Shown here: positions 51,237 to 64,000 of the stretch, one piece after another
Position numbering within the stretch: position 1 is the first letter of the stretch
Layout: each line of letters starts with the position of its first letter
Assembly (NCBI RefSeq): GCF_006345805.1
Contig: NC_043007.1
Location: 4,526,001-4,590,000, forward strand
Origin: Octopus sinensis
Lineage: Eukaryota
Direction: 5' to 3'
DNA: 64,000 nt
The notes under the pieces: generated by a model
What the model was told of the DNA's origin: nothing
Seen by the model: the letters and a program-made list of their open reading frames with translations, nothing else
The model's database searches: none
Program-made: the position numbers and the translations under genes

Positions 51237-51817
51237 ATCATCATCATTTAATGTCTGTTGTCTATGCTGGCATGGGTTGGACAGTTTGACCAGGGCTGGT
51301 AAACTGGAAGGCTGCACCAGATTCCAGTCTGATTTGGCATGGTTTCCTATGGCTGGATGCCCTTCCTGACACCAACCACTCTCAGAGTATAATGGGTACT
51401 CTTACGTGCCACCGGCATGGGTGTTATTTGTGTGATGCCAGTATCTGCCATGACTGAGTTTGCTCAGCTTGATGGGTTTTCTTCTCAAGCACGACGTAAT
51501 ACCAAAGGTCTTGGTCATTGCCACCTTGAGGCTGAATACTCAAAAGCAACTCAGCCACTTTGCCTCCCTGAAGCCCAACACTTGAGAGGAACTCAGCCAC
51601 TTTGCCTCCATGAGGCCCTATGCTCAAAACGAACTCAGCACTTTGCCTCCCCGAGGCCCAACACTCAAAAGGAACTCAGCCATTTTGCCTCTGTGCTCTT
51701 TACATGCCACTGGCACAAGTGCCAGTTACGTGACACCAGCATCAGCCATGACAAGGATTTCACTTGGCTTGATGGGGTCTTCTCAAGAACAGCATATCAC
51801 CAAAGGTCTCGGTCACT
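51237..51817 (-). mobile_element. Long family-C element with internal 41-42-bp minisatellite and duplicated ~115-bp block
   Basis: Family-C tail at 51237-51400. AACTCAGCCACTTTGCCTCC… units start at 51548, 51590, 51632 and 51673. Block 51402-51519 is repeated at 51700-51817. Confidence 0.85.
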
Positions 51818-51879
51818 ATATATAGGTATTACATCTGCAGGTATAGGAAACTCCTGTGGATATGTGTAAAATGTGTATT

Positions 51880-52112
51880 AAGGCGGCGATCTAGCAGAAG
51901 CGTTATCACGCCGGGCGAAATGCATAGCCGTATTCTGTCTGTCGTTACATTCTGAGTTCAAATTCCGCCGATGTCGACTTTTCCTTTCATCCTTTCAGGG
52001 TTGATAAATAAAGTACCAGTTTTGCACTGGGGTCGATGTAATCAACTTAATCCTTTTGTCTGACCTTGTTTGTCCCATCTATGTTTAGCCCCTTGTGGGC
52101 AGTAAAGAAATA
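51880..52112 (+). mobile_element. Full-length family-A SINE
   Basis: AAGGCGGCGATCTAGCAGAAGCG…TTCTGAGTTCAAATTCCGCCG…GCCCCTTGTGGGCAGTAAAGAAAT. Confidence 0.9.
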
Positions 52113-54699
52113 TATATGTAAAATGTGTGTGTGCGTATGTGTACATATATATGTATATATATGCTGATATACTTACATTTGTATATTTCAATATAGATAT
52201 AGAGGAGGTGCATAGCTTAGTGATTAGGGTGTTGTACTCATGATTGTAAAATTGCAGTTTCAATTCATGGATCAGGAATCATTTTTGTTCTTAAGCACAA
52301 CACTTCATTTCGTTATCGCAAACTCAGTTTGGAATAAATATTAGAGTATTCCACTATACCTAGCAGTATTGAGTACTACTTTCTTTGCTTAATTGCATTT
52401 CATACTTGTGCACAACCTCCACTTTATATAGACATATTCACATGTATATATGTTTGTGTGTGTGTATATATATATATATACTTACACATATATATGTTTG
52501 TGTGTGTGTATGCACTTATCGCTATGTAATTGCTGGCTGTTGACTATTCTTTCTCTCTTGCATACATAGATACGCAAACATACACACACAGTCACTCTCA
52601 CACACACACACACACACACACGTACAGCTGTTATTAAAGGCCTGCTCATCTCACGCTGCTGTTTCTTCTATAAATCTAAGGCTTAATGTCTGTGAGCCAT
52701 AATCGTATGCATGCATATTTGTGTGTGCATTTATTTATTCAATCGAGCTTTTGTCAGCAGAACAATGGGCTTGTCTCTAATTAAGAGACAAAGTTCTCTC
52801 TTATTTCGATGACAATAACTTTAGTTTAATCTTAAGGTTTTGCTTATTGTGTTGCATATTTTCACTCTGCCATTGTTAGTCTGAATCTTGGGAATTCTGT
52901 TCAGCCATTTCTGAAAGCTGTGGCTTCCCATTTTTAGTGCATTCATTTATGGTAGATTATTGTTGTCTTTTAGACCCATATCAACTCCAGCTGAAACCAT
53001 CCATGTTTTTTTAGGGGAGTTTGGGACTACATTATCGTGTATGTCATTTTTCTTATTCAAGATAGCATGATGTGATTTGATGGAGATTTTGCCACTATTT
53101 CTAGAAGATTGGGTGACTATGTTGAGGTTCCCCTCAACATATTTCCACAAGAACCAGAAATGAAATCAAAAGCATGAGTATGAAGCTCTTGTTTTTTGCA
53201 CATGTCACTTACAAAGATCAGTTTTTTCTTCAAACTTTTATTCCCCATTCCAAAAACACTCAAATGGTGTATATTTAAAAAAACAAAAAGCATGCTCGAA
53301 GTACCTGATGAGGATAAGAAATGAATAACTCAAAGTACTGGAAACTAGAACCCTTCAGTTATAACGGACTAAATTTTACACACACACACACACACAAGGA
53401 ATTAGAGGTACAATTTCTGACAAATCTCATTTCAGTAGGGAATCTTGTGTCACTGGGAGAAGCTGCACCTTCAATTCCCTCAATGAAATTACTTTTTTGA
53501 GTTCTCTTTCTCAATAAAGTCGCTGTACCTAATAATATGTGCGTATATACACAGTAAAAGAATTTACATCAATCAAAATGCATTCAATATTGATTTGAAA
53601 TGAAGTGTGTGTGTGTGTGTGTATACCGATACAAGACCAAAATAAAACGAGTTCTTATGCACTTTATAAAGGCAAATTTATCTGATTATTTATTTGGTTG
53701 CTCTGGAAACAGGTTTTCTTACTTTCATGGAAATGGGAGATGGCTTTCCCCAACAATTTCAAATAGATCCAAATATAAAATTGTAGTGTATTTCTCAATT
53801 TCCACCTCTTCTATTTTAGTTTTCTACCATTTGACTTTCTCCCCTTTTGTATAGTTTTCATGGATTTGTGCTTCACAACATGAAGAGAATCCAATTTTTA
53901 GATTTCAAACCAGAAGTCTGATAGTTTCTCTCTGATAGTTTCTCTGCCAGGAATTGCAAATATTTATGGACCTACAGCGTTTGTCTGTAGGTATATAAAT
54001 AAGCAGGAAATTCATACCTAAATACATATTTCCATTTGATATTGCTCTAAGCATATGTTAATGGTGCAATCGAAGGAATTCTGCTTTTGAAACGGTTAAT
54101 TATTTGCTTGAAACTTGTCACTTATTTTCTTACTAATGACTTAATTTCTTGGCTCAGTCAGAGACATAAATACAAAATGCTCTTCATCTTCCATGACTTA
54201 CCTTTCAAACAATCTCCTATTAATTCTTGTTATTATTGTTGTTGTTGTTGTTGTTGCCATGGGCCTCTGTATCCAGGTTCAATATTTGCTTTATTCCCTA
54301 CCCACAAAACTAAATTTTCTCTGAGATTCTGTAATCCTTACAAATTATTTTGACTGGTATTTATGGGTTATTTCACTGAAATTCCTTTCTCGTGGCCTGA
54401 GTTCCCACAATACTGGGTTCGTTGTCACCTGAATATGAGTCACAAACAAAGGGATTCAGTTTAGATAAACTACATCCTCCTACAACATGCATTCAGTTCT
54501 CTTTTCTGGTTTCATTCAATAGAAAACATCAGTGTTTGAATAGATATTATATGTATATATATGTGTGTGTGTATGCACACACGTATATTGATATCTATCT
54601 ATCTATCTGTCTGTCTATCTATCTATATGTATGTGTGCGTGTATATATATATGAATAAATATGTGTGTATATATATACGTATATACACATTTGTGTATC

Positions 54700-54749
<50 letters not shown>

Positions 54750-54790
54750 CATATATATATATACACACATATGTATGTATATATGTGTGC

Positions 54791-55169
54791 GGAGGTGCAA
54801 TGGCCCAGTGGTTAGGGCAGCGGACTCATGATCGTGGGATCACAGTTTCGATTCCCAGACCGGGCGTTGTGAGTGTTTATTGAGTGAAAATACCTGAAGC
54901 TCCACAAGGCTCCAGCAGGGGGTGGTGGCGAACCCTGCCGTACTCTTTCACTACAAATTTCTCTCACTCTTTCTTCCTGTTTCTGTTGTGCCTGTATTTC
55001 AAAGGACTAACCTTGTCCCATTCTGTGTCACGCTGAATCTCCCCAAGAACTACGTCAATGGTACATGTGTCTGTGGAGTGTTCAGCCACTTGCATGTTAA
55101 TTTCACGAGCAGGCTGTTCCGTAGATCGGATCAACTGGAACCCTCGTTGTCATAACCAACGGAGTGCCA
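54791..55169 (+). mobile_element. Full-length family-B-related tRNA SINE (young)
   Basis: A box TGGCCCAGTGG (54801-54811), B box GTTTCGATTCC (54845-54855), and a 3' half shared with 38762-39091 and 1211-1531. Confidence 0.9.
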
Positions 55170-55189
55170 TGTATATTTATATATACACA

Positions 55190-55360
55190 CATGTGAAGGT
55201 GCATGACTTAGTGGTTAGAGTGTCGAGCTTATGATTGTGAGGTTATGATGTGTTCGATTCCTGGACTGGGCTGCATGTTGTGTTCTTGAGCAAGACACTT
55301 TATTCACATTACTCCAGTTCACTCAGCTGTAGAAATAAGTTGTGACATGACTGGTATCAA
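55190..55360 (+). mobile_element. Family-B SINE 5' part
   Basis: GACTTAGTGGTTAGAG…GTTCGATTCCTGG…TTCTTGAGCAAGACACTT. Confidence 0.75.
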
Positions 55361-55691
55361 ACTGGTGATGATGATCTTTATTATGATAATGAGCATGATG
55401 ATGACTTTAATGATCTTAGTGGTACTGAAGTTTATTATTTCTACAATTGTGATGATGGTGGTAGTGGTGGTGGTGGTGGTAGTGGTAGTGGTGGTGGTGG
55501 TGGTGGTGGTGGTGGTGGTGGTGGTGGTGGTGGTGTTGCTAGCAACGGTTATGATGAAACAAGTCAGTTCTTTTCCTGTCTGTTTTTACTTCCTCCATCC
55601 ACATTCACGCATCATAAGCATTAATAATAAAGTGAATGCAGAAGAGCTTCTTAACCCGAGTTCTTCTGAACATGCTGCTATAAAACATTGT

Positions 55692-55733
<42 letters not shown>

Positions 55734-55788
55734 ATGCGTGCATGTGTGTGTGTGTGTGTGTGTGTGTACCTAGCTAGCTTGATACATA

Positions 55789-55828
55789 GAAAGATAGACA
55801 GACAGATAGATAAATAGATAGATAGATG

Positions 55829-55895
<67 letters not shown>

Positions 55896-55900
55896 GGATG

Positions 55901-55959
<59 letters not shown>

Positions 55960-55972
55960 GGATGGATGGATG

Positions 55973-56030
<58 letters not shown>

Positions 56031-56230
56031 CAGATAGATAGATAGAAATGGATAGATAGATAGATAGATAGGCAGACAGACAGACAACTGGACAGAGAAA
56101 CAGACAGACAGATTGATAAATAGATAGGCAGACAGACAGATAGAGAAACAGACAGGCAGACAGACAAACAGATAGACTGATAAATAGGTATAGACAGACA
56201 GACAGATTGATAATTAGACAGATAGATGGA
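55789..56230. repeat. (GATA)n/(GACA)n tetranucleotide array
   Basis: Read directly from the sequence. Confidence 0.95.
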
Positions 56231-56928
56231 TATGTATCTATACGTATAAATATATACATATGCACATGTGTATAGGTGTGTGTGTTTTTATATATATATA
56301 TAATATATATATATATGTGTGTGTGTGTATGTATTTATGTCTATATAGGTAGCTAGGTGATCACAGAGAATGGTTTAGTTTATTATAGAATCCTGCACAC
56401 AATGCAGCCAGTCTTTACATTCAGATAGTCGTATGTTTAGATATCTATTCTTGTGTGATGACAACAGCTGTTGTAAAGCTCGGCATATGTTTATTAGGTC
56501 TCCCTGTGACCACAAAGCTATTAAGCATACAATAGATTCTCACAAACCTGGGCGGTTTGATGCCAGCGCAAGTCCTTCTGAATTACTTTATTATATTACA
56601 GAATGAAAACAGTCCAACCAAAAAAAAAATGATAATAATAATAATAAAAAAAGGGCAGAAGAAAAGAAAAGATGAATGACTCCCTCTTTTTTACATCCTC
56701 CTCCCCCACTGCTCTAGTCACTGTAATAGGGATTGTTGTTTGATGCTGATCTATCATGGGGGAGGGAAGGGACAGTGTGTTTGTGGGTGGGGTTGGGTTT
56801 GGGGGGGAAGGGTTGCATCATTCCCAGCAACACACTGCCACTTCACTGCACAAGCCAAGCCAAGCAGTGGTGTTCAACGCCAGTGTCGTTTCCAAAACCA
56901 TGACAATGGTAACCCTCAGCCTGGTCGC

Positions 56929-57002
56929 TCAACCATTGTCACCGGCAGCTAGTGCCATTGTGTTGGCTACTTGACTCAACTTGGCGCTAAATTTCTCTTT
57001 CA
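56929..57002 (-). other. Candidate terminal coding exon
   Basis: Acceptor GAACTCACTCTGCAG; the only open frame reads xKEKFSAKLSQVANTMALAAGDNG*; lies in a unique CpG-containing island. No homology recognised. Confidence 0.22.
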
Positions 57003-59152
57003 CTGCAGAGTGAGTTCAACACAAACAGGTGTGTGTCATAGGCAAAGGGGGAGGAGGGAGCAGTGAATACTGAAGCAATTGAAGAAAGAAAAGAACAGAT
57101 AAATATAAATATGAAGAAAAAAAATATTTGTAAAAGAAGAAAGTAAAAAAAGAAATAATAAAACAATGAAAGAAACCTCTAAATATCTAGTGAATGCCTT
57201 GAGATGGAAGGGGTTGGCACAAATTATAATCCAGTTGACTTTACAAGTTAAAGGGTCATGTGTCTATTGAAAGTAAAGGTCATGGATACAAGGAAAAGAA
57301 GCCCTTCACTCAGCAGAATGTCAAAGAAAGAGAATTAAGTATTTTAGGGTTAATATTTAAAACTACATTTCTTTTTCTGAATACTTCAGAAATTTCTCTT
57401 TTTTTTTTTTTTTTTTCTTATTTTCCCTTCCCTCTCTTCTCCCATCTCTCGCTCGCTCTCTCCCCTGTATAGAACTCAATGCAGTATATCCAATTACCTG
57501 ACTTGTCATGTGACTATTGTATGCTCACATTGAGAATTCAGTTCTTTATTAACTTATCTGTTGAACTTCCATCAGATGTAAAAGCTTGTTAAAGCAACCG
57601 CATATAAACACTGGAGACTCTGACTGAAAGCTTCGATTTTGCTTCGTATTGCATCAGCAGCAATGATGAGAACTTAATGCTTACTACTACACCACATTGT
57701 TTGTTTGGTTGGTTGAGGGCCTTTTTTTATTTTATCTTAAACCACACACAGCATGGCTGTGTCGGTGGCAAGACTGGCTGCATGGTTTACAAGTTTACTT
57801 TGCCACAATGTGGATCTAGGTTCAATTCTACATTATGGCACCTGGAGCAAGTGTTTTCTATTAAAATAGTCTTACCTGTGAAATTTGGACAGCGCAGACT
57901 GTGGGGATATCAGTTGAATATATATACACACTTAGATATGCCTGTACCATTTGAAAACTCTTTTAAGTGAAACTGTAAGAGACTGGCATGATTGACTAAT
58001 CTATATAATGAACACATGCACACACACACATGTGGATACACATGGATGTGCCCATTGAATATACATGTACTCGTATATGTGTGTGTAGCACATGGAAAAG
58101 TCTCCTAATGAAAATGTAGAATAATCAATGATTAATGAAACTAATTGTTCTGTTTCACACACACACACACACACACACATTCATATGCATACACACGCAT
58201 GTATGTGTATGCACCACATACACACACACATTTGTAAGAGTGCCTAACACCAGCAGTCGCGGCATCTGCCTCATGATAATAATATTCATGAGTTTGATTC
58301 CTAGACCAATGTTGTATGCTATAGCCTTGAGCAAGACACTTCATTTCACCATCCACCAGTCTACTGAGCTGAAAATGTGTACCAGGTGAATACTGGTACA
58401 GCCCACTCTCCTCCCTTATCCTTTTGAAGCAGACTGCTTAACTAAACAGCCTTGCATGTAGCTATATGTATATATATCTATATACATGTGAGTATATACT
58501 TGTACACACATATATATATATATACACCCATACATGTGTGTGTATGTGTACATCTTTTGTCAGTTTATGTTGGTGTAGGTTGTAAGCATTGGCAAGAAAA
58601 CTGGAAAAAATGTGCATCTTGAATGAGGTCTTTTGTGATGTTTGTTCTGCACCAAGTCACAGATACTCACATGTCATTGATGCAATTAGAAATTCATTGA
58701 AGCTGTGATTGACCTGTTGGAAACCTCTAACCAAATCATGCTTTTATTCACAAATTGTGATTCCAAATAAATAACCAAATATCAGAGACTGTTCTTCAAG
58801 ATATGGTGATGAATAACAAAGTAGTATTCTACACTGCTTTGATTGATCTTCGGGGAATGAAAGACCAGTATTTTTCCTGAAGTTGTTTTAATTGATCGTA
58901 TCCATTCTCTACCAAAATTACTAACATGTGTTTTAGTAGAAGTCTACCAAAGCTTAGTCATTGCTAAACAATTGTTTATCGTCTTTTAAACTGAATCCAT
59001 TGTAAAGATGTTGTCTTTCGTTATTGTGTGGTGAGTTGGAGCCAATGTGTGGTGCCATGATGTTGATAAAATATTTGCAGAGTTATCTTTTAGTCCATTT
59101 TACCTGAACCTGATATAGTATGTCTGACTTGTACCTTCTCATGACCACTTAA

Positions 59153-59365
59153 CCCTTTCATTACTCTAGTTATTTTGAGATTCTCTGTTTCTTTCAATTA
59201 CTTTAAATATAACAAAGAATTTAGTAAAATAACTTTAGTTATCATTCAGCTGGTGTTAAGAACATAAATTGTGACTAAGGTTTGGTGGAAGATTTCAATT
59301 CAAAACTTATGGAAACAAGACATTTGTACTCAGAGCCAGAGCCAGCCGAGTTGGTAATGAAAGGG
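59153..59365. mobile_element. piggyBac-like MITE, 213 bp
   Basis: TTAA|CCCTTTCATTAC … GTAATGAAAGGG|TTAA: perfect 12-bp TIRs and a TTAA TSD. Confidence 0.9.
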
Positions 59366-60088
59366 TTAAGGTGCAGAAGTTGACTATCCAGTCCAGTTCC
59401 AGTAAAGTAAAGGGACAGGAACTCATTCTCTTCACACGAGACAAAACTCTTATCTCGCTTCGTACTGTTCAAAGAGGTTAAGCACTGACTGCAGCTAGAT
59501 TAATGGGTCTTATACAATATAGCCTATCATCTGATCTTGGAGGTAGGAGAACTATGAAGGCCATGGGCACTGCCCTTTCCTCTAGACCCAGCAAAATACT
59601 GATTCCTTGCTGAATAAGGTCTCAAGGGCCTCATACAAAAGCGACAAGTATATTTTCTTGTATTGCAATTCCATTCACAGGTTTTATAGAAATATTAAAT
59701 CAACCCCAGTAGTTGGCTGGTATTTTAATCAACCCTTAAAGGATGAAAAGCACAGTTGACCTTAATAGGATTTTGAATCTAGAACATATTGGGCCAAAAC
59801 TAAATATTGCAGGGTTTTTGTCTGGTGTTCTAATAATTCTGCCAATCAACTGCTTTTGGAACTAGTTTAGTTTCTCTTTCTGTTGAAATGCTCACAAGTG
59901 TCATATTCTGGTCGTTTATTGGCCCCTTACGAAAATCCCATTTGTGAACACCAAGCTGCAGATGGTTCATGGATGTTTTCATGGTAACAGCGAAACACAG
60001 CATTCCAAACTATATAAAGCATAAAGCATCATGTGTTGCACCCATTTTTGCATCAGTTGAACTTGCCGTATAATGATGAGTATGTATG

Positions 60089-60120
<32 letters not shown>

Positions 60121-60744
60121 TATATATATATACATACACATATATACACACAGACACACACATATGTATACACACACACACACATATATATATATATTTA
60201 TATATACATATACATATACACACACACATATACATATATACACACATATATATATATATAAGAAATTATGATGAACACATATGTTTCACTAATGTTGTTG
60301 TTTGGAACTCTGCGTTGGATGTTCCAAGTGCAATTGGATGCTTGCAGAGAACTGTAGAATATGGCAATAAAGTATTCCCTGAAGATTCGTTGTGGCCAAG
60401 CATCCCATTACACTTGCAACATCAACCACAATATTCCAAACCACCACAATGAGGAAACCTACTTAAGAACAAACGAGATATAAATTTAAATTTGTGTTTA
60501 TCATTGCTTCTCTTTCATTTGTTCTGTATAACTAGTATAACTAGTAATACTACGAAATGTAACAGTTGCTTTAACCACCATACTGGAAGCAGACTGGATG
60601 GCGAGAATCCCTGTGCTGCTCTAAACTTAACAGCCACGGTTTTACATCTATTTGTACACACACGATACAATATGCATCTATTTCAGTGTCTGTCTCTTGT
60701 CGTGTAATAATGTTGTCTTGCACATCGTCAGCATCATCATTATG

Positions 60745-61150
60745 TACTGCCTCTGGGAAATGTGCATCCACGCTAACAGAGATAAAAGCCAAAAGTCTGA
60801 TAATGTCATCAAGGTTGCTCATCAGTGTTGCAACACCTTCTGAAAGAAACACCTCCATGAAAGCCATGGAGAAGCTAAGTAGGAAGACTTGAAGATTGAA
60901 GTCAACAGGATGTGGAATGGGAAGACTGGAATGTGATACAGGTGGTCATTAGAGCACCAGAATTCTTGCAGGAAATGGAAAAGTTTACCATCCACATCCT
61001 GAGCAACTTTGGTAATTATGCAGTTCAGGAGATCATTACTATTTGGAATAGCTCACAGTCAATGCAAAGTGGCATCTTCTCTAAAGTGTCTCAGATCCAT
61101 AGAATGGACCTAGCACTGCAGGATATAAAACAGGAACTTACAAAAACCAC
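60745..61150 (+). mobile_element. 3' end of an R4/Dong-type (restriction-like endonuclease) LINE, decayed
   Basis: Across frames: CLWEMCIHANRD, LLISVATPSERNTSMKAMEKLSRK, KIEVNRMWNGK, VIQVVIRA. These match the RLE domain pattern 'LWD..I.TDR…LIDVA.P…K..EK..KY..L..EI.R.W…V.PVVIG'. Followed by (AAT)n. Confidence 0.75.
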
Positions 61151-61193
61151 CACCACCAACAACAACAATAATGATAATAATAATAATAATAAT

Positions 61194-61232
<39 letters not shown>
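61150..61232. repeat. (AAC/AAT)n tract
   Basis: Read directly from the sequence; directly abuts the LINE 3' end. Confidence 0.95.
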
Positions 61233-61234
<2 letters not shown>

Positions 61235-64000
61235 GATGTTTCTAACAAAGGCACAAGACTTTAAATTTGGTGTGTGTTGATTATATTAATCTCCGTTCTT
61301 GATTATTACTTTATTCTGCTGACCTCAGAGCAATGAAAGGCAAAGTGGACCACAATGGGATCTCAACTCTGAGCTGGAAAAATACACTTTAATATTTCTG
61401 CCTGTTTACTGTTCTAGTGTAGGCATGTAGCTTTAGTCAGCCCTGGGTTATAGTAAAAGACATTTGCCAAAGATTTTGTGCTGTGAGATGGAACCCAAAT
61501 CTATATGTTTAGGCACCAAGCTTTCTTAACCACACAGCCATGCCAGTCGATGCCACAAATCTTGTGGGTGAGGTAAGGGTGAAGGGTAAGTCAATCTTAG
61601 CATCTAGTGAAAGGGGTTGTGACTAAATATCACAAAGCATTTTGTGCAATGCTCCGATGATTCTGCTAATCCACTATTAATCCCTTTAAGAGCAATGATG
61701 ATGATGATGTGGCCATGCTGGAATTATTATTAGATAAGAGCCATGGAGATGAATTGTTTCCTTGTTTGTAGTAGTTTCATTTTGGTGAGAACACCTTATA
61801 TGGCCGATGATATGTGATATTACTAGTGTCAATGGGAGATAATTATTTAATCATTTTAAAAAAAGTTTGTTTTCAAATTAATGTCAACTGAATAATTTAA
61901 CACTTAAGAAAGAAATTTTCATTGATTGAAATTATTACATCTCATTTTCTTCTTTACACACATTTGCTATTTCCTTTTACTATATATATATAAAAAGAAA
62001 CTGTCAAAAAACAGGATAAAAATCAAGGAAAAGTCGAAATTTCATTACTATAATGAAAGTTAATCTAAAGAACATTATTGGAATAGCCATCATTTTTGAC
62101 AGCACAGGTAGGCTAGATCTCATAATAATTACAGTTGACATTGCAGGGGAGCTTATTCTCAAGAACAATTAAGCCTGGCACCACTTACATGGACAACTTC
62201 TTCAACTGCAATAGCTGCTGTTTCACTGTTCTGCTACTCTGTCTCCTTTGCAGAATACTTCTGTTTCTATTATTTCCTCTTCACAGAAGTAGATGTCAGT
62301 GTGCAATGATTGGAATAATTAGCTAGACTATCTTTGTGTTTGTTCTCTATATTTCTTTATAATTTATCTATTCTTTTAAGAGATGATTTGACAGAAATGA
62401 CTGAGAGTTGAAATAAAAGCCATACCGTATTTAGTTTTATTCCTCTTTGTTCTGTTCAAAGTTTCAAATTCTTCTCTGGTTAAGGGGCCATAAAATAAAT
62501 CCTATTGTTATTTTTGGGTTGACGCAGTTAACTATACATCCTTTTCTACAAATCCTGGCCCCGTAGCTGGCATAAATAATAAAGATCTGGACTAAATGGA
62601 AATGGACTTCACTAAACAGAATGGAACTGAAGTAAATAGAAGGGAAATGGATTCAACGGGTGTAGACAGAACAAAAGAGGAAAGAAGTGGATTAACTAAG
62701 AAAGAACTGAACTAAATGGCAGAGAATTGGACTGGATGGGGGGGGGGACGTTAGACAAAAAATGAAATGGAATAGGAAGGAATTTGACTCAAGAAGAAGG
62801 AACAAGACTATATGCCATATATGGTGTTTAGTTGCATCTCTTAATGTTTTAGTTCAAATCCCAGTTAAATCAAATTGTCATCCCTTCAGAGACCATTGCC
62901 ATAATTAGTTGTTCTCATCTCATCTGTCTGTCAGTATTGTGTCCCTGCCTTTTTGAAATATTAGATGTAATATCTTACTATTTCTGACCACTTAGAAACT
63001 TGTTAGATTCGCTCAACATTCAGCCATCTTTGTTGCAAAATTTGGGTTAATTTCTGATCCAAATAAACCTCTATTCTTTATATCTATATTCTATACATTG
63101 TATACAGCATTTAGTTCAGGTTTTCTCAGGTCCCCCTTTAAATTCTTCATAGGGTGGTTTTAGTTTTTTACAAAAAAATAAATAAATAAATAAAATAGAT
63201 GTCATCCAGGTATCAAAGGAACACCTGAGTATCCAATCAATTGTAGGTAACATTCTCAGGTGACCTATTGATTATTTTGCACAGCTAAATGAATTGAGGC
63301 AATGCAGAATAAAGGGTTTTGCCTAGAAACACACTGAAATATCTGAAGTGGATTTGAACTCTTTGCAAAAGAAGGAACAAATAACCCATTTGGAGGACCC
63401 CAGAAGCCACCCCCACCTCCCACCAGTGCAGGCGACCCATCTTGGATTAAACTAACTCTGAATAGAAACCCTGACGCAGTATAGGGAGATGTTTTTTGGT
63501 CTTGCTGTAAATATCCTTTCTCGTGCCTGTGACATGAACCCAACTCAAAATGTAAAGTATTTGATAATAGGAAGGGCATCCAGTGATAAAAACTATTCCC
63601 AAAAGCAGAACACAACATTTGGAAGACGACTGGGGGTTTCATTTTTATTTGTTGCTCTATGTAAGAGATGAAAAGATGTGTGGTAAGTGGTGAAAAGCTG
63701 TGACCTCCATCCAGACTGTGCCAATGTAGGAAAATAGATTAACGACATTGATGACAGTTGTAATAAGCTATGAACAGATATCCTGTTATTTTCTGCCTTC
63801 AGCCTTTTCTCTTTCTAAGAATTGCTATTGTGCTTAATATAAACTATTGCTGTATATTTATGGTTTTATCTGCTGTCATTACAATGATGTATCACCGTGC
63901 ACTGGAATTAATCACTTTTTTTTTTTAGTTTGATATGATCAAAAGAAAACCTCCAGTTCTTTGAATACTCAAGGGAATTCTGAAATCCCCTCAGTACTGT

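Noticed and set aside
51548-51692. Regularly spaced ~42-bp repeats resembling a CRISPR array
   Set aside because: The 'spacers' are homologous to each other, the context is a eukaryotic SINE, and there are no cas genes.
54791-54862. tRNA-like sequence with A and B boxes (also 38762, 55190, 9690-9756)
   Set aside because: These run directly into repeat bodies and lack a convincing acceptor stem, so they are SINE heads rather than tRNA genes.
60571-60867. 98-aa minus-strand ORF
   Set aside because: Largely antisense to the R4/Dong endonuclease remnant; no recognisable domain.
19980-62278. Many other exon-like segments (19980-20061 -, 25983-26023 +, 58671-58713 -, 59931-60009 -, 62189-62278 -)
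   Set aside because: Roughly 100 GTRAG motifs per strand are expected by chance in this window. The candidates did not chain into a recognisable protein, so no gene model is claimed.
63265-63642. 125-aa minus-strand ORF and Pro-rich plus-strand frames
   Set aside because: The region is made of family-B and family-C SINE remnants.

Overview
AT-rich eukaryotic genomic DNA, very probably from an octopus or related coleoid cephalopod. This is inferred from the tRNA-derived SINE families and the extreme microsatellite load; no database check was possible. The window reads as intronic or intergenic. I could not identify any host protein-coding gene, and almost all long entries in the ORF track are microsatellite translations. 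Supported content: (1) dozens of SINE copies from at least four families, two of them in head-to-tail arrays; (2) DNA-transposon derivatives with readable TIRs/TSDs (mariner, hAT, piggyBac-like and a long-TIR MITE); (3) decayed RTE and R4/Dong-type LINE fragments, one with two intact C2H2 fingers; (4) a 205-bp inverted duplication and a ~787-bp tandem duplication. The most interesting signal is four minimal type I hammerhead-ribozyme motifs in three different repeat families. One of these families is a tRNA-headed (Pol III-type) SINE. All four motifs have an extra A after the core, and all match or derive from a palindromic ACGU stem III. Every individual copy carries at least one departure from the ideal motif, but the two copies of the SINE-borne motif together reconstruct a complete ribozyme. 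A few candidate exons and regulatory islands are listed at low confidence.
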